IMG/VR virus record: IMGVR_UViG_3300005805_000017
Span: 1-30,159 of that record
Source: a virus
Lineage: Duplodnaviria; Caudoviricetes
Length of the DNA stretch: 30,159 nucleotides
Direction: 5' to 3' (one strand)
Of the stretch, positions 23,566 to 30,159 are shown one piece after another. Both the position numbers and the translations under genes were made by a program. The notes below the pieces were generated by a model, which ran no database searches, was not told where the DNA came from, and saw nothing but the letters and a program-made list of their open reading frames with translations. Each line of letters begins with the position of its first letter. Within the stretch, counting starts at the first letter, position 1.

Positions 23566-26500
23566 TACCTCGCTTGTATATAGTTTACCGTCGCTGTTAT
23601 TACTACCGCCGGGGTAGGATATGTAAACGCCCCTATAGTATTTACCTGGGCCCATACTTTAAATAGTCCCGGGGTACTCACTACGTCTATTACCGGTAGT
23701 ATGTTTAGAGCGCCCGCCCCGCTGTCGTCTGTAGTAATAATATTTACCGGGGTAGCCACACCCGTACCCGCTACGTCTAAAAAACTAGTAGACGTTTTAC
23801 TATAAATCCAGAACCCGGCTAAGTCTGTGGCTATTAAATCTATAGTTACTAGCCATTGAGTATCATTAGGTAGGTCTATATGGGTTACTGAGTCGTTACC
23901 TATACTAAGCACTACAGAGGCCCCGTTAGCGTTAAATACGTTAGTATTACTTAATACAATGGTACCCGCTTGCATAGTGCCAGGGTTACCTACCCCCGCT
24001 CTATACCCTCCCCCGAAATGGAAGCCTGTATTTTTTACGAGCGCGTTCCGGCCCATTATACCGCTATCCGGTGTTATGTCTGTACTTAGATCTCTACCAA
24101 CTAATAAACTATAGTCGCTCCCTAGGTCGGTAATATTTTTACCTACCGCCACCTGGTAAACGGTGTCTAACCCTCCGCTATAGTTTTCTGTTTTTACTAT
24201 AGAGTCTCTGGGAGTTTGCCCGTTAGAGTTAATATTTATAGGGGGTAGGTCTCCAACTAAATTACTAGATTTCCGGCCATAACATTTTTCGTTAGTAGCG
24301 TCCCAGGTGCCGCCTATCTTATTACAACAGGCTAGGGTTCCAGGTACCGGGTCGCCGTCGAAAGTCCAGGTATAACTACCGTCTGGTAAACTCCGGTCTA
24401 CCTCTAAATTACAGTCTGATAAATTTAAATTTAGTATTTTTATTAGGGTTACTTTAGTTAATTCCCCGGATCCTATTTTATAGTCTGAAATTTTTAGAAC
24501 CCTCCAATAACTATCATTTATAAAATACTTATTACTAAAATCAAAGTTTAAAACGTCTCCCAGGTTTATATTAAAATAAGCCTCCATTATACGCGCTTGC
24601 GGGCTATAGAGTTCGTTTAAATAATCTCTCCAGTATCGAGTAAATAAATTATTTATAGGGTTAGCCTGGATAGGGTGTAAAGGTGACTCCGGCGCAAAGT
24701 TTAAATCTAAATCGTTTGCCTCCGGTAGTAAACTATTATAGTGGCCCATAATACGTACCGGTAAACTATGCGGGGGGTAAAGAGTGTCCGCTAAATATAG
24801 CGCCCTCATTCCCGGGCTAGCGTAGTTACCTGAGGCGTCTATAAATCTCGGGGTAGGTATGGAGGTACCGGGAAAAATAGCCGACGGCGTAGACTGAGTA
24901 GTTAATTTAATTTCCTGGGTGCCCTGTGCAAATTCGTTGGGCGTATCTGTTGGGTTCGCTACGTAACCAATTACCTCATAATTACCGTATATCCGTTTAG
25001 CGTTATCTACGTAATATTTACTATAGTAGTCGCCACCGGCTGAATAAGTAAAAACTAATTTCGCTTTTAAGAACTCAGCCGCCGACCTTATTACTATGTC
25101 TTTGTCGTAGGCCAGGTAGTCGCTCCAGTCATCTGTTAGGCCACTACCTAAGTAGTTAGCCATAGGTACTATTTTTATTTTATTGTTTATTAGTCTGTCT
25201 TGAATAACAGCACAGTTAAACATATTTAGAACGTCCGTTAAAAATTGCACCTGGGTAAAATCCGGAGCGTTCCCTATAGCGTCAAAGTCCCATAGGTTAG
25301 AGTCTTTTACGTAACGGGTACCAATAGCGTAACCGGTGCCGGTAAAGGCGTAGTCTGGGCTACCCTCATATAAATAAACTAGGTTACTCCCACCCCACCC
25401 GGCAGAACTCGAAAGCCTAAAGCCTATAGTATCGTATAAAAATCCGGGTATACTAGGTAAATAAAAATTTATAGTACCTCCCAGGTAATAGGTGCCGGGA
25501 CTGTTGGCCGGTATTTCTAACGTAGCGACGTCAAAGGATAGCGCGCCCGCTGTACTCGGCCCTACAGTTACTAAGGCCGTTAATCTTATACTAGTCGCCG
25601 TATTATATGGGTAGTCGAAAGTAGCCCAGGCGCTATATTCTATATACTGATCTTGAAACGAACCGCCCGGATATGGGCCCCACCCTATACCATTTATATA
25701 ACTGAGCGGGTCTAAACTGGCTAAAAACCAATTACCCGGCACGAAATTACTAAACTGTATGGAAACAGACGTATTACCCGCGTCGTAGGTTTCCATATTC
25801 GCGTCAGTCTGAAAATAAATGTGAGCCCCGCCTAACGCCTGGCTAATAGCAAATGGAGTCTGCCCTATCCATGGCATATATACCGTATCTAACTCGGCCA
25901 ATAGATCCGGAGCCTCTAACTCATAACCGGCGTCCTTAATTATATTTCGGAGTAAATAGCCCCACCGTATACAGGGCGTATAATCTGTAACCGTAGGCGC
26001 TATAAAGCCGGTGAAATTTTCAGACGTTAAACTATTATTAGTACCTCTGTCTATTAGGGCGTAGGTTAGATCCGGGCTAGGGGGCGTTATTATCTCAGCC
26101 GGGGTTATCTCTCCACTTAAATTAACTAGGTCTACTATATCCTTTAACTTTTTTTGACCTACTACAGTAAACAGGCTAGGAGTATTCCCGTAAAAACTCA
26201 ACTCTAAATCTGTTCTAACCCCCTCCTGGACTATAGACCTAATAAGCCTTATAAACCCGCTTATTATAGGTACGTCGTCTACGAAAATAGTAGCGTTTAG
26301 TTTTTTGTTATAGTAGTCTATACCGCTATAGGTCGCTAGTTGTACGGCGTTAAATACCTGGGCGTTAACCTCTGTTAGTGGTACTCTAAACTCTCTGCTA
26401 AAAGGTGCCCGCGCTGTAAAGGTGCTAATCTCTGTAAACTCCCAGTTTTGACTAATTACCTCATTAGGGTATAAATCTAAATAGGTAGACTCATTAGAGC

Positions 26501-26849
26501 CTACAGTAACGCTAAAAGTAAAATAACAGGCCTCGGCTATACTTTCGCAATTTTGTACCTCCTCAAAAAATAAATATCCCCCGTCTATATCAAAACCCGT
26601 AACTGTATACTGTCCCGTTCCCTGGGTATCATTATACATATTTAGCGTTGTATTTTGATCCGCTACCATTTGCCAGAGCGCGTTTATATCCGGGGGCTCA
26701 GGCTCTAGGGTTACCTCGTCTATTAAAATTCTATTAGTGTCACAAAATATATTGCCGTCCTGTGGGCAATTTTTGAACGTCGCCGTATACGTTATAGTTT
26801 CGGTATTGCCTTTATTTACTAATATAGTTACCTCGCCGTTCATGTCCAA
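23565..26849 (-). CDS. Large tail tip/hub protein, 1094 aa
   Basis: YLDLY...I....F.EI.....R..FSREFRVP and ELYSPQARIMEAYF.I...D...FDF...YFI.DSYWRV.KI.DY patterns recalled from Bacteroidota siphovirus tail proteins; beta-rich C-terminal domain. Confidence 0.7.
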   Translation of the reverse strand: MDMNGEVTILVNKGNTETITYTATFKNCPQDGNIFCDTNRILIDEVTLEPEPPDINALWQMVADQNTTLNMYNDTQGTGQYTVTGFDIDGGYLFFEEVQNCESIAEACYFTFSVTVGSNESTYLDLYPNEVISQNWEFTEISTFTARAPFSREFRVPLTEVNAQVFNAVQLATYSGIDYYNKKLNATIFVDDVPIISGFIRLIRSIVQEGVRTDLELSFYGNTPSLFTVVGQKKLKDIVDLVNLSGEITPAEIITPPSPDLTYALIDRGTNNSLTSENFTGFIAPTVTDYTPCIRWGYLLRNIIKDAGYELEAPDLLAELDTVYMPWIGQTPFAISQALGGAHIYFQTDANMETYDAGNTSVSIQFSNFVPGNWFLASLDPLSYINGIGWGPYPGGSFQDQYIEYSAWATFDYPYNTATSIRLTALVTVGPSTAGALSFDVATLEIPANSPGTYYLGGTINFYLPSIPGFLYDTIGFRLSSSAGWGGSNLVYLYEGSPDYAFTGTGYAIGTRYVKDSNLWDFDAIGNAPDFTQVQFLTDVLNMFNCAVIQDRLINNKIKIVPMANYLGSGLTDDWSDYLAYDKDIVIRSAAEFLKAKLVFTYSAGGDYYSKYYVDNAKRIYGNYEVIGYVANPTDTPNEFAQGTQEIKLTTQSTPSAIFPGTSIPTPRFIDASGNYASPGMRALYLADTLYPPHSLPVRIMGHYNSLLPEANDLDLNFAPESPLHPIQANPINNLFTRYWRDYLNELYSPQARIMEAYFNINLGDVLNFDFSNKYFINDSYWRVLKISDYKIGSGELTKVTLIKILNLNLSDCNLEVDRSLPDGSYTWTFDGDPVPGTLACCNKIGGTWDATNEKCYGRKSSNLVGDLPPININSNGQTPRDSIVKTENYSGGLDTVYQVAVGKNITDLGSDYSLLVGRDLSTDITPDSGIMGRNALVKNTGFHFGGGYRAGVGNPGTMQAGTIVLSNTNVFNANGASVVLSIGNDSVTHIDLPNDTQWLVTIDLIATDLAGFWIYSKTSTSFLDVAGTGVATPVNIITTDDSGAGALNILPVIDVVSTPGLFKVWAQVNTIGAFTYPTPAVVITATVNYIQAR

Positions 26850-28213
26850 TAATTTTGGGTTATCTTAAATTTTAGGGTAACATTTACTAGTTTGCCGTTT
26901 CGCCCCCTTTGCTCTGTAAAATTAGTGTCTATTAGGCTCACCGGTACCGCCTGTTCTGGGTTCTGGTTTCCTTGGATCTGTAACGGGTAAATAGTGTTTT
27001 TTGTAAGCCATTGTACTTGGTTACTATTAAATAAATTTTTCAGATAAATAAATTCATTCTCCTGTATCCAGTCGCTAGTTACCGTTAACGTACGCTCATT
27101 TATATTTAGCGTGTCTATAGTCTGCCGTTGGTTAGGGTAAAAAATACCCTCTGTATTATTATTAAGGCGACGTATAAACTGTTTCCTGTCCACTTGGTTA
27201 GTTATATCTGAGCGCTTAATAAAATTAAAATAGTCCCACCCGCCCCGCATACTTACCCAGGCTATCCTAATTATATCATTTCTACAGTCGTGCTGTCCCC
27301 ATTTCTGGGCGTTATAGACTACATACGTACGGCTAGTAGTTTCGTCCCGGTCGCTATCCTTTGCCTCGAAAGTATAATAGTACCAATCCAGGTTATTTAT
27401 TAAAATATTAGCCGCTATTAAATTTTTAGGGTAAATACCTACGTGCAAAAAAAGAGAAACGCTAGTAGGTGTCGCTAAAAAATTTACTGTCTCTGTTTGC
27501 TGAGTTAATACCCCGCCTACCATGTGGTATATGTTAACCTCCATTTGATCTACCGCGTTATTAGATAGCGGGCCTATGCCGGGTAAATACGCGGGTAGTG
27601 CAATACAGCCCCAGTCTGTATTATTTGCCGGAATATAAACGTAACTATCCGATAGGCCAAAGGTGCTAGCCATGTCCCAGGTATTAGTATCGCGCCACCT
27701 ATCCGACCACATATAACTACTAATACCGTTACATAAATAGACTGTAGGTAATACCGCGCTAGTTATGTCGTCAGGATCCGGTCTAAAACCATAAAAGGCC
27801 TGTAGGTAGGCGTTAAATACGTTAACAGTTACGGCCTCTACGTTGCCCTCTACATTCTCGGTAAAGAGCCCATTAACTACCCACCCCTCCGAAATTTCTA
27901 CGTTATATCTGCAATAGCCAAAAGTTTCCGGCTCCTCTAGTGGGGTGTCAAAAGGTATATAGTGAGGTACCTCGTCTCTGCTATTTTTATTCTCCCAGTT
28001 CCTTAAATATACTAAAGGGTTTAGGTCGAAATATAATTTCTCATCAAAAGGCGCAGGGTCGTATAAAAACTCATAGTTTTTTAGGGTGCTTAGATCCGCT
28101 ACCCTTACTATATATTTAAAACCTATTTGAGTAGTTTCGTCGCTCGACGCTCTATATATTAACTTTTGCCCCCGGGCGCTCCACTCATAGGGTTGCTCTT
28201 CTAACGTAATCAT
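26840..28213 (-). CDS. Minor tail protein (distal-tail-like), 457 aa
   Basis: C-terminal I.WV..RGGWDYFNF...LTVTSDWI.E.E...L..LF.S..V pattern; upstream of the hub gene. Confidence 0.62.
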   Translation of the reverse strand: MITLEEQPYEWSARGQKLIYRASSDETTQIGFKYIVRVADLSTLKNYEFLYDPAPFDEKLYFDLNPLVYLRNWENKNSRDEVPHYIPFDTPLEEPETFGYCRYNVEISEGWVVNGLFTENVEGNVEAVTVNVFNAYLQAFYGFRPDPDDITSAVLPTVYLCNGISSYMWSDRWRDTNTWDMASTFGLSDSYVYIPANNTDWGCIALPAYLPGIGPLSNNAVDQMEVNIYHMVGGVLTQQTETVNFLATPTSVSLFLHVGIYPKNLIAANILINNLDWYYYTFEAKDSDRDETTSRTYVVYNAQKWGQHDCRNDIIRIAWVSMRGGWDYFNFIKRSDITNQVDRKQFIRRLNNNTEGIFYPNQRQTIDTLNINERTLTVTSDWIQENEFIYLKNLFNSNQVQWLTKNTIYPLQIQGNQNPEQAVPVSLIDTNFTEQRGRNGKLVNVTLKFKITQNYWT

Positions 28214-28785
28214 TTTATATATTTATTTGCCTTTAGTCTTAGTTGTATCATAGCGTTAATAGCGTCTGGAAATTTCTTTTTATAGTCTGGCTTAACTGAG
28301 TCAACCGCGCTTTTCATGTATCGTATACCCTCAATACCTTTAATACCGATAGAACGCGCTACCCTCTTAGCCAGTTTCTCCCATTGCTCCTCTGTTTTTT
28401 CCTTTTGCTTAGCAAATTGCCCGCGCTTACGTTTGTCTACCTTGTAAACCTTTCGCAACTTAAACCCCCTTACTTTCATCCAGGCGCGTATAGGTTCCCA
28501 GGGGGGCCAGGAGGTAGGGGTATCCGGGTAGGGTCGGCGGCCTTTTTCTATTACGTCGGCGTAGTTACGGGTAGCCTTACTCTTAGTCGTAAATATTAAC
28601 AGATCCATTTTGCCCCGTTTCCAGAACGTATATTTCAGATCGTCTCTGAGTCTACCCGTAGCGACCCTGTTAGTCATTCGCCCGCGTATACGACGTTTAG
28701 CCTCTAGGTTTATACGTGCCCCATATAGAACCTCCTCGGCAAATTCCGTTAGTACCTCTCTAATAGGGTTATTACTCGTAGCCAT
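28210..28785 (-). CDS. Tail completion/neck protein, HK97 gp10-like
   Basis: Basic; ATGRLRDDL, YADVIEKGRRP and I..KGI.G..YM..A motifs. Confidence 0.7.
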   Translation of the reverse strand: MATSNNPIREVLTEFAEEVLYGARINLEAKRRIRGRMTNRVATGRLRDDLKYTFWKRGKMDLLIFTTKSKATRNYADVIEKGRRPYPDTPTSWPPWEPIRAWMKVRGFKLRKVYKVDKRKRGQFAKQKEKTEEQWEKLAKRVARSIGIKGIEGIRYMKSAVDSVKPDYKKKFPDAINAMIQLRLKANKYIK

Positions 28786-28945
28786 TGGCGCACTTTATTT
28801 CTGGTATGTCTTGCCAGTCTACTAAGCCTAAAGGCTCCCCACATTTAGAGCCCATAGTAGAGTAGTTAGCCGGGTTAATTACCTCGGCCTCTACGTATCC
28901 TATTTCCATACCACATTTAGAACACACTAGTTTTTTCTTTTCCAT
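28772..28945 (-). CDS. Small Cys-containing protein, 57 aa (possible fibre accessory)
   Basis: MEKKKLVCSKCGMEIGY...SKCG; ATG lies 2 nt after the fibre stop. Confidence 0.6.
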   Translation of the reverse strand: MEKKKLVCSKCGMEIGYVEAEVINPANYSTMGSKCGEPLGLVDWQDIPEIKCANGYE

Positions 28946-28947
28946 AA

Positions 28948-30060
28948 TTACGCTGTATATGTGCAAGTTCCACCGGCCCCGCCCGCACTTCCGGCCGTTC
29001 CTGTAGTGGGGGCTGTGGGCGTAGTGCCCGCGTTAGTAGTGCCGTTAACTTGCGTTATAGTTCCGTCACTTATTCTTATTACCGTTATTCTACCGCCACT
29101 ACCTCCGGTTCCACCCTGGGCACCTATGCCAGTACCTCGGCCGTCCCCTCCGTTTCCACCGGATCCACCGTTAGCAGAAATAAACGTAAAGTTACCTCCA
29201 GTAATAGAGTTACATAGTAGAAATACATAGCCTCCACCGCCTCCGGCTCCACCTCCACCGCCCCCGGTGTTATTATTTATTTGGACACCCCCGCCGCCAT
29301 TACCCCCGGCCGCTCCATTAGCGCAAAGGGCCGCGCTGTTAGTAGAGCCTCCTATACTAACGGTCTTAGCATAAATATATAAATTACCGCCACCGCCTCC
29401 ACCGGCACCTCCGCCGCCACCTCCAGACGCTCCATTACCCGCGCCGCCGCCACCGCCACCGCCGTTTAGTCCTGGGTAGACTAGGGTAGACGTTGCTACG
29501 CTACTAGACGGGCTTAACTCTACGTGAGAGAATAAACCATATACTCCTATAGTTCTAATTAGTGGTATATATCCGCTAGCCGGTAGGTTTCCATTAACCT
29601 GACCCGCTGAGCCATTACCTCCGGTTCCGCCAGGCCCATTACCCCCCTTACCTCCAGAACCTCCGGCCCCACCTACTCGGTAGTTATTAGTAGCCGCCGC
29701 CACAGCCGTACCGCCTACTACACCGTTAGCGGTAGCGCTATTACCTCCATTTCCCCCCACTACCTCAGTAGCGATCCCGCTAGCCGTTTCCGCCGACCCG
29801 TAAACCGTCCGGCCAAAGCCTAATTTACCCGCTGAGGTTCCATTAGTACCGCCGCCAAAACCCAAAGACGAGGCACCTACTAAACCGTTTTGATATATGC
29901 CGTTAGCACCGGCACCCGTTAGGTCTAAGGTGCCAGAAACAAATACCCTAAAACCTTTGCAGTTTAAACTACCTGAGCCTGTTATGGTAAGGTCTTGGTA
30001 ATAGGTGTCGGCTAACAGGGTGGCGCTGTTACTTGTAATAGTTACGACTCCCGCCGATCC
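28948..30060 (-). CDS. 3' part (370 aa) of the junction-spanning fibre protein: glycine-rich C-terminal domain
   Basis: In frame from base 1 to 30060 (...NLTYFGD/GSAGVVTITSNSATLLADTYYQDLTITG...), running into the 305-aa track ORF with many GGxGGxG runs alternating with short beta strands. Confidence 0.9.
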   Translation of the reverse strand, partial: GSAGVVTITSNSATLLADTYYQDLTITGSGSLNCKGFRVFVSGTLDLTGAGANGIYQNGLVGASSLGFGGGTNGTSAGKLGFGRTVYGSAETASGIATEVVGGNGGNSATANGVVGGTAVAAATNNYRVGGAGGSGGKGGNGPGGTGGNGSAGQVNGNLPASGYIPLIRTIGVYGLFSHVELSPSSSVATSTLVYPGLNGGGGGGGAGNGASGGGGGGAGGGGGGNLYIYAKTVSIGGSTNSAALCANGAAGGNGGGGVQINNNTGGGGGGAGGGGGYVFLLCNSITGGNFTFISANGGSGGNGGDGRGTGIGAQGGTGGSGGRITVIRISDGTITQVNGTTNAGTTPTAPTTGTAGSAGGAGGTCTYTA

Positions 30061-30159
30061 GTCACCGAAATAAGTTAGGTTAGTCGCTGAGACCTTAGCC
30101 GTAAAACTACTATAGTCGGCGGCCGTAATTAACCCCCTCTTAGTAGCGCTAGCCGTTGG
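30061..30159. repeat. Terminal direct repeat, right copy (circular overlap)
   Basis: Identical to 1-99. Confidence 0.97.

Noticed and set aside
3452-29230. Other short antisense ORFs in the track (e.g. 3452, 4819, 6071, 7433, 7876, 10566, 12148, 12969, 14124, 14427, 16742, 17165, 17320, 19102, 28384, 28610, 28961)
   Set aside because: All overlap well-supported genes on the opposite strand and lack motifs or Bacteroidota-type leaders.
28948-29865. 305-aa Gly-rich ORF as an independent gene with TTG start
   Set aside because: The frame is open upstream through the junction; it is the C-terminus of the 1119-aa protein.
30061-30159. Terminal repeat as a biological DTR or attachment site
   Set aside because: It is exactly 99 nt and lies mid-gene with the frame continuous across it; best explained as assembler overlap of a circular or permuted genome.
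1-30159. Stop-codon reassignment, suggested by abundant TAG/CTA
   Set aside because: Standard code 11 gives full-length genes and near-complete coding density; no suppressor tRNA seen.
1-30159. CRISPR array, diversity-generating retroelement, tRNA, intron/intein or IS
   Set aside because: No spaced repeats, reverse transcriptase, template/variable repeat pair, cloverleaf or transposase seen. TerL and DnaB are of normal length, and intergenic gaps are short.

Overview
This window is an apparently complete, circularly assembled 30,060-bp genome of a small tailed phage. Bases 1-99 are repeated exactly at 30061-30159. It looks siphovirus-like: tape measure, tail tube and frameshifted chaperone are present, and no sheath was recognised. 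The host is very probably a Bacteroidota member, judged from TTG-N19-TAnnTTTG promoters, A-rich leaders without Shine-Dalgarno sites and typical gene families. Almost all genes are on the minus strand: early/recombination/replication (Rad52-like annealase, YqaJ exonuclease, initiator, DnaB, NinG), an ECF-like sigma factor, then TerS, tail, head, portal and lysis. A three-gene plus-strand island holds an HTH protein, a small SSB-like protein and TerL. No integrase, methyltransferase, tRNA, CRISPR or reverse transcriptase was recognised. Main points of interest: (1) a 1119-aa gene missed by the ORF track because it spans the circular junction, which seems to fuse a tail-terminator-like domain to a long Gly-rich fibre; (2) a 778-aa portal with three appended domains and an A9 slippery run at a domain boundary; (3) a -1 frameshifted tail chaperone far from the tape measure gene; (4) strong depletion of several restriction-like motifs; (5) overlapping opposed promoters and possible small RNAs. 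All family calls come from manual motif recognition, not database searches.
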